Source: Mobula hypostoma
Taxonomy: Eukaryota
Reading direction: 5' to 3'
DNA length: 64,000 bases
Assembly: GCF_963921235.1 (NCBI RefSeq)
Contig: NC_086109.1
Span: 10,418,001-10,482,000 of the forward strand
This document shows, one piece after another, positions 39,057-50,985 of the stretch (position 1 is the stretch's first letter; every line of letters begins with the position of its first letter). The notes beneath the pieces were generated by a model. It saw nothing but the letters and a program-made list of their open reading frames with translations, did no database searches and was not told where the DNA came from. The position numbers were made by a program, and so were the translations under genes.

Positions 39057-42000
39057 ATGTCATACAATGACCAACTCCTATTAGTTCTGCCTTTCATTAT
39101 TTGCGTTCACATTCACAGCACAAAACATACAGTTAAATGCACCAAAAGCTGGCATAACCTAAAGATGTGCTGGGGGCAGCCACAAGTATTGGCACACTCT
39201 ACTTTCCTCCCTTCTTCAGTATGGTGCTGAGTTTTAATTTCTGATTCAGTACTTATCAAAGTGTAATCATACAGTATGTTTCTGTGTCATTAAGGAATCC
39301 AAACAGAGTTTAACTTGAGCTGTCTTCTATTTTGATTACTGGAAATTTTTATTGATCTGTGGGCGTCTTCGAGATGCCTTTAAAAATGACCATCTCTGAA
39401 AGCTCAAGTGTCGACAAGCACATGGCCAAGTCGCTTAGCATTTGGCAGCACCAACAATTGCACTGGGTGAGGAGTCAGAAGAATCCAAGGGAGGTGAATA
39501 AGGTTGAAGCGCTGGCTTACAGCAATGAAAATATGCTGAAAACATGCATCGGGTTGGACAGCGTCTGTGCGGAGAGTTTAAAGTTGATTACCCCTGCCTG
39601 AGCAATCCAAAATATTCAAAGTTTTCAAAATTGCAAACCGTCACACAAACACTTAAAACAATTAATGACAATTGTTGCATCACACCCCTCCTCTTTTATG
39701 TATTTAAAAAGACAATAATTTCTATTCATCTTAACTGCATCAGATTCACACATTGGTGACAGCTTCACAACTACAAGTGGTATCTGATTTAAGGATAAGG
39801 AGAAAGATTTAAAGTAAAAGCCAAAAGTAATACAAGGAATGTGGAGAAATGAATTAGCAGAGTGTTTACCATCTGGAGCCGACTGTCTTTTTCTGTCTTT
39901 GTCTCTTTCTCCTGCCCTCGCGGAACAAGCCCTTCTGACCCAATGAGCCACACTGCCCTGCAACCTACCTATTTAACCCTAGCCTAATCACAGGACAATT
40001 TACAGTGCCCAATTAACCTATGAACCGGCATGTCTTCGGAATTTGGGAGGAAACCGGAGCATCTGGGGGGGAAAGTCATGTGCTCACAGGGAGGGCATAC
40101 AAACTCCTTCCAGACAGCACTGGAATTGAACTCTGAACTCTGGCACCCCTAACTGCAGCAATCAAAAGGAAATTGGACAGACACGGAGGAATTATTTACA
40201 GGTTTATGGGGAAAGCTTTAGGAACTGGAACTGTTGGAGCCATCTGATCCTGGACTTTGGAATGCTTTATGTGCGGCCTCATTTGTAACACAGAAGGGAT
40301 TTGTTGCAGGGCAGCACAGGAGCATAGTGGTTAGCACAACACCAGCTGAAAGATTGGAGTTCGATTCCTGCTGTTGTCTGAAAGGAGTTCTATGTTCTCC
40401 CCATGATGACGTGGGTTTCCTCTCGGTGCTCTGGTTTCCTCCCACATTCCAAAAAGGCGTACAGGTTGGGGTTAGTGCATCATGGGCATGCTATGTTGGC
40501 GCCAGAAGCGCTGCCCAACAATTGCAAGCTGCCCAGAACGACCCTTGCTGAGTTGATTTGACACAAATGATGCATTTTACGGTATGTTTCGATGTGCATA
40601 TGACAAGTAGAGCTCGCCTTTAGTCTGAATGGCTACCTCCTAAAAGAGCAAAGTAAAGAGTGGATGGTTCCTTAAGATTGTCACAGCCAGGGGAGGTAGT
40701 GGGGATAAGCTCCCACCCCCTATTAAATGCTCCCAATGGCGTGCGTCTCAAATAACGTCTGACAACCAAGTCCAGCTCTTGGCCTTCACGTCTGTCTTAG
40801 CTACTGGGTCCAGTGCAGCCATTTCTACTGATGGGAGAAGGAGAAAAGGCAGGTTCCTGGTTCCTTAAAACCCATCACTTCCGGCAGATGGGGCTCTTCA
40901 GCTGTGATTGGCAGCTCATCTAGGAAAAAGAAAACTCTGATCTCAAACCTCTGCCGCCTTGTGGCTGTACCCACTCATGGAAGAGGCTTTGGAAGTAAAC
41001 ACTGAGGGAAAAATCCGGAACTGGAGTCCCTAAGGCAGTCCTATGTTGAGTTCAACACTGACCGGCAACTCCTACGATGCTGCTGGGGCCAAACTGGATT
41101 GGTCTCTGCCGTTCCTTTGGATTCATCAGTTGTGCGGAGAGGGGGAGCCTGCGGCATGGGCAACAGCTTGCTCTCCATATCGTACTGCTCTGGCTTGTGT
41201 ATCCAGACAGCTAGGACGTTACATCCATGGTCGACCCTGACCGACAGAGGCCTCAGAATGAATGGATAACCTGGTGTTAACTGAGGAATAAATGTTGAAG
41301 AAATATGACAACATCCTTGCTGTTTTACACAAGCTGCATTTTTAAAATGGGTACATGGGGTACTGTTTCCTTTGCTGATTGTGCTACTCTGTTTGACGGG
41401 GCTGAGTGCGGTTGAATAGATCAAAGCGCGCAGGATTGCTTTTCAGAGCACTCTCCTGTTTGTAAGACAGTCATATTGCACTTTTCCTCCAAACAGGTGG
41501 GCACGGTGAGTAATTTGCAAACTGGGCCATTTGTAAATGTGGTGTGACAGTGCACTGCTTGGATTAGATCTCGAGTATGTTTTCCACTAGGTAATGATGT
41601 GATGTGGTGGCCCTGTGTACGAGAGCACTGCAATGTCTGAATTCCTTGTAGATTTTTAAAGAGACATGTCTTCTGTTATGCAAAATGATAAATACCATAA
41701 GACCTAGGAGCAGAATTAGGCCATTCAGCCTATTGAATCCATTCCACCATTCAATCATGGGCTGGCCAGTGATGTAGTGGCATCAGCAAGGGATGTCAAG
41801 GCGAATGGTTCAGATTTCGAATTCGGCTGGCCCCTTGCACGCTTTCCATCCTTGCTGGGTTGAGCATCGAGCTAACAACTTGGCCTTGTAAAAAAAAAAC
41901 AGTTCAATGCTATGAAAATGGCGAAAATGCCACCCAATGTGCCCTAAGGCAACAAACCAATCAATCACAGCCGATTTAGTTTCCCTCTCAAACTTTTACT

Positions 42001-42666
42001 ACCTTGATGCACGCAGTAATGAATTGATCTGTATGAACAATATACAAGACAAATTTGTTACTGTACCCCAGTGAAACTAACTTACTGCCCATTACACCAC
42101 TGGTGTTTAGAGCAGCAATGAAGATCCTCCATATCTGGTGGTGGTCACGGCTTCCTTCATCATGTCAGAAGCTTCCTCTCGGTTTTCACTACTATCAGTC
42201 ATGCAAGCCCCGGGTGGCGACTCAGGAAAACCATCACACTCACATGTAGAAGGATTCTTCATTGCTGTTTCTGTAACAACTTTGTTTTACCGGTCAGGGT
42301 TGTTAGTCCTGATCTGAACCCCCAAAACTGGAGCACTCTTAGTCTGGCCTCTACCCTTTGACCTGTTTGGCATGGGTGACCCCACCAAGCGCCAAAGTAT
42401 AAAGCCCGGACTCCAGCCAACACAGCTCACTGGGTCACTGAGGCACACAAGCCTTCAAAGTACATCAAGGTTGTGGTCCTCTTGGAGGGCCCCGTACATG
42501 TGACAATAATAAAGCAAGTCAAGTTTATTGTCATTTAACTATATACATGTATGCCATCAAACGAGACAATGTTTCTCTGAACCACGGTTTAAAGCACTGC
42601 AGTACACATAATAACTTATGAAAGTAAGAGTGAAATCTACAGATGGATTACACATAAATAAACTAA

Positions 42667-42854
42667 GAAGAAGAATAGCCCTTAACTTGGCAGTGGAGTT
42701 ATCGGGGCACTGTCTTTTGACGGTGTTTCCGCAGCAAGCTATTCTTGTTTTTACGAGGCCGAGTTGCTAGCTCGACGCTCAGCCCGACTTGGATTCGAAC
42801 TCAGGAACCTTCGCTCCTGAGTCCGGCACTGATATTATTGCGCCACTAAGCGGG
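42667..42854 (-). mobile_element. tRNA-headed SINE with (GAA)n end
   Basis: B box GAGTTCGAATCC; core shared with the 14471 element; 15-bp TSD ACATAAATAAACTAA. Confidence 0.75.
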
Positions 42855-44689
42855 ACATAAATAAACTAAAGTGCATAAATTAAATATTATAAGGAACAGA
42901 ACAGATTAACCAGTGACACTTTGATGTGATGCAGCAGGGAGTTCAGAAGCCTAATGGTCTGAGAGAAGAAACTGATTCCCATCCAGACTGTTCTTGTCTT
43001 TATGTATCAGAGTGTCCTGCCTGATGATAGAATGTCAAAGAGAATGCTGGGTGGATGGCTGACATCCTTAATAGTGCTAAGGGCCCTGTATATGTAGCGC
43101 TCCTGGTAGATGTCCCCACTGAATGGTAGGCAAACCCCTATGATCTTCTCAGCCATTCTCACAGTCCTTTGTAGGGACTTCCAGTCTGATGCTTGGCTGC
43201 TCCCACACCAGATAGAGATGCCCCAACAGTGGCAGAATTTGTGGTACCCACATTGGCCTCACCAGCACCACCTTAACGCACGTACCACCAGACTTAAGGA
43301 CAGCTTCTACCCCCACTGTAACTTTAAATTCCTGGGTGTTATATCAGTACGCAAGTATCATTTCAAAGAAGGCATGGCAATTGTCTCTGCTTTCTCAGAA
43401 GTTTGCATGGATTCAGGATGCCATCTGAAACTTTGACAAACTTTGGTAAGTAAGTTTCTTGATTGATTGCATCATGGCCTGGTACGGAAACACCAATAAC
43501 CAAGAGCAGAAAAGCCTACAAAAATTGGTAGAGACAGCGCAGTCCACCTCACAGCAAAAGTCCTCCCCACCATTGAGTACATCCACAAAGAGCACTGCCA
43601 CAAGACAGCAATGTCCATCACCAAGGGACCTCCACCATCCAGGCCATGCTCTCTTCTTGCTGCTAGGTTTGGGAATGAAGTACAGGAGCCTTAGGTCCTA
43701 TACCACCAGGATCAGGAGTCTTCTTTGGTTGTCCATCAAAATCCGATGACGACGTCCACTCCTTTAATGGTGAGATCTTTGATGACTATACAGTCCTATC
43801 CTGGACCCACAAGCTCTATTGCAGGTGGGACATGTATATGTGGTAGTGGTGGCAACCATGGTTGCATTTCTCCTGGCTCTCTTCTGCTGTCTTCTGGTTG
43901 TTCTTCCCAACTCCAGAATACGAACCCCGTCCCTACACAGCCAGGAGTAGTTACTACTCTTCAACCATCAGGCTCCTGAACCAGTGTGGATAACTTCACT
44001 CACCACAACATTGGAACACATTCTATGGTATCACTTTCAAGGACTCTGCAACTCATGTTCTCAGTATCATTAATTAATTTATTATGTTTTTGTGTTTGCA
44101 CAGTATGTCCTCTTTTGCTCATTGGTTGCTGTCAATCTTTGTGCGTGTTTTTTTCATGGATTCTATTCTACTTCTTTGTAAATGCCTGCAAGAAAATGAA
44201 TCTCAGGGTAGTACTTATACTGCATACTTTATTGTCGCCAAACAATTGATACTAGAACGTACGATCATCACAGCAATATTTGATTCTGCGCTTCCCACTC
44301 CCTGGATTACAAATATTAAATATTAAAAATAGTAAAATTAGTAAATATTAAAAATTTTAATTATAAATCATAAATAGAAAATAGAAAAATGGAAAGTAAG
44401 GTAGTGCAAAAAAGACCGAGAGGCAGGTCCGGATATTTGGAGGGTACGGCCCAGATCTGGGTCAGGATCCGTTCAGCATTCTTATCACAGTTGGAAAGAG
44501 GCTGTTCCCAAATCTAGTATATGATGCCATATTCTGTATATACAAAGATAATAAATTTACTTTGAACTGTTTAAGACGATTGAACAGATCCCCAGTATGA
44601 TAAAATAGACTCTTGTCCTTACAATGATTGTTGTAACTTTGTACCTTACTGTCTACCTGCACTTGACACCCCAGCACTAGAATGGGACG

Positions 44690-45120
44690 CAGACCACCCA
44701 CGCCTGAACCTCGAAGGAGGGCGGGGCTTTAACCACAAGGGGCAGGAGATGCGCTCTGTGAGAGAGCGGCATTCTGGGAATTGTAGTTCATTCTTTCGCT
44801 AGTCCACCAAGCTTATCCCGATGGAACTACAACTCCCAAAGGTTCATTAAGCACGGGCATCGCCGCCAGGGTTTTAAATATAAAACCTCAATTCCCAGCA
44901 TGCGGCGCCGTAATCGGCGTCATGTGACCCAGTGAGCGGAAAATTTGCAAAATGGGGAGGATGAGGGTGGAGAAGAGGCGGTTGCAGCAAGTGGTGGACT
45001 CGCTCGCACCGGGCTCCATCATTGCTTAGTGTGCGGCAGCTGGTAGCGGGGTGAGAGCGCTGAGACGGCCGGCGGTGGCTGTGTTGTGAGGGGCAAGGCC
45101 TTTGACCACCCCTCGGCGAG
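44690..45120 (+). promoter_or_regulatory. CpG-rich promoter of RAB29
   Basis: Local CpG enrichment. GC box GGGCGGGGC 44719-44727; ZNF143-type motifs at 44769-44788 (-), 44825-44842 (+) and 44884-44903 (+); TATAAAA 44879-44885; GTCATGTGAC 44919-44928. Lies about 0.7 kb upstream of the RAB29 ATG. Confidence 0.8.
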
Positions 45121-45633
45121 GCAGAAGTGACTCCCCCAATCCCTCAGCGAGTTCCCCTCCTCCGTCAGTGAGTCTTCACTGTCTCCTCCCTCTGTCCCTC
45201 GGTGTCTCTGTCTCTCCCTCCCCGAAACCTCCCTCAGAATCTACCACCATCCCTCTGCGAGTCTCTTTGTCCCTCTGTTAGTGTTTCCCTCATTCCTCAG
45301 TGTTTTCCTGCCCCCTCCCTCAATTCCCTTGTGTCCTCTTCTCTCAGCTCTCCCTCTGTTCCTCCATCCCTACTCAGTCAGTCGGCCTCCGTTTCCTATC
45401 CCTCAGTGAGTGTCTGTCCGCTCAGTGAATCTCCCACCCTCCTTCGGAAACTCTCCTGTCTCTCGGTGAATCTCTCTCCTTCAGGAACTTGCCCACTCTT
45501 AGTGAAGCTCTCCTCCATTTCCCTCCTTCAGAAACTTACTCACTCTCGGAGAGTCTTCCTTGCCAGCCAGCTCCCCTCCACTGCTTTGCTCCGCAGTGAG
45601 CCCGCGCCCCTGTTGTCCGCAGTGCAACCCACC

Positions 45634-45754
45634 ATGTCCAAGGACTATCTGTTCAAGGTGCTTGTCATCGGTGACAGTGCAGTGGGCAAAACCTCACTGG
45701 TACATCGTTATACTAATGACAGCTTCAGCAAACATTACAAGTCCACCGTGGGAG
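45634..45754 (+). CDS. RAB29: RAB29 (RAB7L1) small GTPase, first coding exon; no further exons recognised in the window
   Basis: Kozak-like cccaccATG; MSKDYLFKVLVIGDSAVGKTSLVHRYTNDSFSKHYKSTVG with P-loop GDSAVGKT and the RAB29-type DSFSKHYKSTVG switch I; donor G|gtaaga; syntenic with SLC41A1. Confidence 0.92.
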
Positions 45755-48700
45755 GTAAGAGATGTATACTTCATGTTTCTCTAGTCACACAGTTGAATCG
45801 CTTTAAATTGATCTAGCCTTGGTGTTGAAAGGAAAAGTATTTTCTTTGGGTGATGCCAGTTTACTGTGGAAGTTGAGAGGAATATTTTTAGGCGTCCGAG
45901 GTCTGCATTGGAAGGTAAGGATGAAGATGGTTTCCTATTACTGGATTTAAAATTGTATGAAAAGGGAGGGAGGTCTATCTTTAGAGGTAGTGCTCCAAGT
46001 TTATTGTCATTCAACTGTATATATGTATACTGCCAAATGAAACAATGTACCTCCGGACCAAGTTGCACAACAGTGTTTGTAGCTCACATACAACACATAA
46101 GTAATTAACAAATAATAAAATATATTCCAGAAGATGAACATTAGCATAAGGTGCATTTGTGACACAAGTTCAAAAAATAAGCCATATAACACTACTGGCA
46201 CTTTATATGTGATGACACCTGGGTGGTGGAGGGAGCTCAATAGTCTCACAGCTTGGGGGAAGAAGCTGCTCCACATCCTCACACTCCTTGTCCTAAAGCT
46301 ACAGTACCTCCTGCCTGATGGTAGGGGACAGATAGGAGGAATCCTTGACAATGCTAAGGGCCTTGCGTACACAGCATTCCTGATAACTATCTCGAGTGGG
46401 TGGAAGAGCGACACCCACCCTCCATGATCCCCTCAGCAGTCCTTGCAGTCCTTTGTAAGGCCTTGCTTTGTAGGGTAATGGGTGGGACAACGGTCAGTGC
46501 TGCTGGCTCATAGCACAAGGAGTCCATATTCAGTTAAGGATTTGGAGACTGGGCAGGAGGATGGTGTGGAATTTTTGTCGCTTTTCTCCATGGTTTTCCT
46601 CTGGGTGCTTTGGTTTTTTCCCACATTGATTTGTTAACTAGTTATTATAAATTATTCCTTTTGAGGATTAACAGCTCAGAGAAATCTCTGAGGGGAGTTA
46701 ATGGATATGTGAGAGAAGTTTTAAGTACTTGGGGAAATGAGAGGAGGAAATTTTTAGAAACTTGAAATTTAAAATAAAGGCAGTACTGAAATAGATTGAC
46801 TGGCCAGGCTGCTTTTGTGGAAAGAGAAACGGTTTCAGGTTTGCCAAAACTGGGAAGAAAACAAGTTTGTTCCAGGTCAAGTTTTTTGTCATTTAACTAT
46901 GTACGTTAATACCACCAAATGAGAAAATGTTTCTCCAGACTAGAGTGTAAAGCTCTGTAGTACACAACACGTATACAACACGCAATAACTTGGGAAAGTA
47001 AGAATGAAATCTCCAAATGAATTGTGCTTAGATAAGCAAAGTGCATAAATTAAATCTTGTAGGGTACGGTACAAATTATCCAGTGACACTTTGAATGTGA
47101 TGCTGCAGGGAGCTGAGAAGCTCCATGGCCTGAGAGGAGAAACTGTTTCCCATCTTGATTGTTCTTGTCTTTATGGATCAGAGTCTTCTACCTGATGGTA
47201 GAAAGTCAAAGGGGATGCTGGATGGATGGTTGGGATTCTCGATAATACTAAGCGCCTTGCATTTGTAGCACTGCTGATAAATGCCCCCAGTGGATGGTAG
47301 GAAGACCCCAATGATTCTCTCAGCCTTTCTCACAGTTCCTTGTAGGGACTTCTGGTCCAGTGCTCTGCTGCTCACATATCAGATGGAGCTGCAGCTTGTC
47401 AGGAAGCTGTCAGTCGTGCTCCTGTAAAATTCAGTTAAGATGGGGGTGGTGGGGGGAGGAGCCTGGCTTGCCTCAGTCTCTTCGGGAAGTAGAGATGCTG
47501 CTGTGCTTTCTTATTCAGGAGCTGATACTGAGGGACCCAAGTGAGGTCATCCGTGATATGAACTCCCAGGAACTTGGTGTGCTTAACTCTCTATGGAGGA
47601 GCCGTTGCAACACACGCCAAATGATGGAGGAACTCAGCAGGTCAGGCAGCATCTTTGGAGAGGAATAAATGGCATCCTCCCCTGACCTGCTGAGTTCCTC
47701 CAGCATCTGTGTGCGCTGCTCTGGATTTCCAGCATCTGTAAAATCTCTTGTGTTTGTTACATTGCTGGGAGGGTAGGGAAGGGGAGATGACTCTGAAGGT
47801 AACACTGGGGTGAGCATGGGGAAAATAGGAGGAGAGAGATAATGAACATAAAAGGATGCCAGAGTTGTGAAATGCAAAGCAAGAAGTGCAAATGCATAGC
47901 TCAGCCTGGGCTCATCCTCCATTTCTACAAATTAAAAAAAAATTAACAGGTGAGCCAGTGTCATAGATGGGGAACTCGTAGAAGCTCCTACAGAAGCTTA
48001 GATGGGACAGTCTTTTTCAGTGCATGAAACAGTTTGTGGAGAGTCCAACTGGAGAAGAAACCACACTGCACCTGGTGTTGAGGAATGAGCCAGGCCAAGT
48101 AAACATTTTGATATAGTGACTACAACTCATTATGTTTTAATATAATTAAGTAAGGAATAAATTCATATCTTTCAGGAAAATACTAAATTGGGGAGGGGGG
48201 CGCAAATTATGACATGATAAGGCACACTGATTGGGAACAGGTGCTGTTGCAGAAGGCCATGTCCAACATGGAGTTGTTTAACAAGCAGCTGATCAGACTA
48301 AAGGATCAGCATATTCTGGTAAGGATAAGAATGGTAAATAAGGGAGCCTTGGATGATCTGAGGGGTCGTAAAATGAACCTCGAGTAACGTGTATGAACTT
48401 TGATCATGAAGTTACTTTCACTTGAAACTTAGTCAGGAAATAAAAAAGATTTAGAAAGCTAAAATCAGACTGGGCCTGTCTGGAATATATAGATAGCAGG
48501 AAAGTGCTGAACTAGGTGAATAGGGGCCATGAAATGTCCTTGGCAACCAGTATTAAGCAGAATTCCAAGGCATTTTATCTTTGTATTAAGAAAAAGATGA
48601 TAACTAAGGGCTTGTTAGATCTGCTCAAGAATAAAGGAAAGAATTTGTCCTTGGAGTCGAGCAGGTAGCTGAGGTATTAAATAAGTTTATTGCTACTTGC

Positions 48701-50985
48701 CCTAGAGATGTATCTGTGTGATAGTTAAGCCGGAGTGTGACATGCTAATGTGCTGCTACATTTTTGGACTGAGGAGGTGGTGCTGGATTTTCTGAAGAGC
48801 ATTAAGGTGGTTAAGTTGGCCCCAGGGCATAATGACATAAATCCCAGAATATTGAAAGAAACAAGTGAGGAGACACAAATCATAAAGACGGGAAAAGTGA
48901 GGAGACTGCTAGGACTTTGTGTCCTCTGTAGTAACAGGCGAAGTCCTAGAGGACTGGCGAGTAGCAAGTGTTGTGGCTCTGATCAAGAAAGGAAATAGGG
49001 GTAGTCCAGGCAGTTATAGGCCAGGGGCCTCATGTGTGGTAAGGAAGCTATTGGTGAAGCTACTGAGGATTTGTGTATATTTGGAAAAAGCTTGGCCAAG
49101 TTAGGGACAGTCAGCATGGCTTTGTGTAGGGCAGGTCATGCCTTACGATTGAGTTTTTTTTTAGAAGATAACAAAGGAGGGTAAGATAGTGGATATTTAC
49201 TGCATAGGCTTTATTAAGACATTTGATAGGTCCTTCATGGGATGCTGACTCAAGATATTGCATGTGATCCAGGGCGAAATATTGAGTTTGTCTTTGGGTT
49301 CCTGTACTTCCTCCCTGATGATAGTATTGAGATGAGGTCATGTCTTGGGTGGTGGGGGTCCTTAATGATTGATGATGGAAGATAGAATCTTTTTTTCTCC
49401 CAGGGTAGAAATGTCAAACAACAGTGGACATGATTTTAAGATGGGGGGGGGGAGTTTAAATGCAGTGAAGAGCAGATTTTTATGCAGAGAGTGGTGGCTG
49501 ACTGGAATGGGTTACCAGGAGTAGTAGTAGAATCGGGCAGTCTGGTGTTTAGATTGACACATTAATATGATGGGAATTGAGGGCCATGGCTGAAACGCAG
49601 GAGGAGGACGTTTAGTATAAGTTTGCATCTAGGTCATTACAACATTGTGGGCCGAATGGCCTGTACAGCGCTGAACTCCACAAAGCAGTTGCCAATCTGT
49701 GTTTTTACATTCTCCACTGTAGTGGCGACTGTGTTGTGATCAACATTTGCAGTACTCTAGAGCAAAAGGAGTGGGAGTGGATCACTGCTTCAACTGGAAA
49801 GACTGGGTCCGTGGATGGTGGGAACAGAAAAGCTGAAAGGACAATTGTTGCACTGCCTGTGGTTGCAAGGGAAATGTACTAATGTGAGTGTTTAGTGTGA
49901 CACAATGGAAAAGTGGGCTGAATGGCCTTCTGTGCCATTATAAGATTTTCACTTGAATTACCATGTGGATAGAAGGAATTAATACTTTGTAAATGAATAA
50001 ATGTTTTGCTTTTATCAAGTGCCTATAAAATACCCCACAGAGTTTTGCAATCTTCCTTTAAGAGTCCAGTCACTGTTGCAATGTTGGAACTGTTTGACTA
50101 AGGTTTAGGGGAGTGGAAGCTAAAGTTCATGAATTGACTGTAAATATTAATATAAACATTGCCATGTTTTTAAATCTATCTCCACTGTTCCAAAATTCTG
50201 TTTGGTGTGAGCAATTCATTCTAGAATATCTATAGTCAAGCTGCAATGGAAGTTGGTGTTGAGATTCAGTGTCTCTGTGCCACTGCAGAACAAAGCCGCC
50301 TGCTCTGAAACCGTTGTTCTTGCGATAGGATGTTTATCATTACCATGCTTTTTCCCAGTGCCCTGCAGATGTTTCCTTTTCCACTATAGTTCCAATTTCC
50401 ACGTCAAGAATTATTGTATATACTACTTCCACTCTTTAGGACTGTGTATTCAGTACTGATGTGGCTTGTTCAGTTGTAAAAACAGTATCTTGCTCTCTCT
50501 CCCAGCTCCCTTCTCAATTAAATCTCTGGTTGCTGACATTCGTTCCTTAATTGTCAGTTTAAAAAAAAATCCACGTCAATTACTTTCTGATCTTTTGAGT
50601 CATCTTAATTTTGTAAATATTATAATATCTGGATTTTAGAGCAGCTCGTCTTCAAATTTAAGTACACCGTCATTCAGCACAGAAATGGGTTCTTTGGCCC
50701 ATATGTTCTCATGCCCCCATGAAACGTCCATCATCAATCCCATTTTTCAGTTCCGCATAGTGTTGCTGATTTCAAGAGTTCATCTAAATATTTAAATATT
50801 GTGGGTCTTGGCCTTAGACAATCTGCAGTATTTTTGTGTGTGAGCATCTGCGTCTTCCAATTCCTTCTAAGCCTCTTGCCTCTTTCATTAATCTTATGCC
50901 ATTTGAACTTGGGCACCTCAGCCATGGGAGAGGTTTCCTGCTATGCTAACTATGCCTCTCAATTTTTTTTTCATATAAACCCATC

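Noticed and set aside
45202..45633. 144-codon in-frame N-terminal extension of RAB29 from a GTG
   Set aside because: Low-complexity S/P/L sequence from an A-poor tract that is naturally depleted of stops. The Rab fold starts at the Kozak ATG at 45634, and a splice acceptor lies just upstream.
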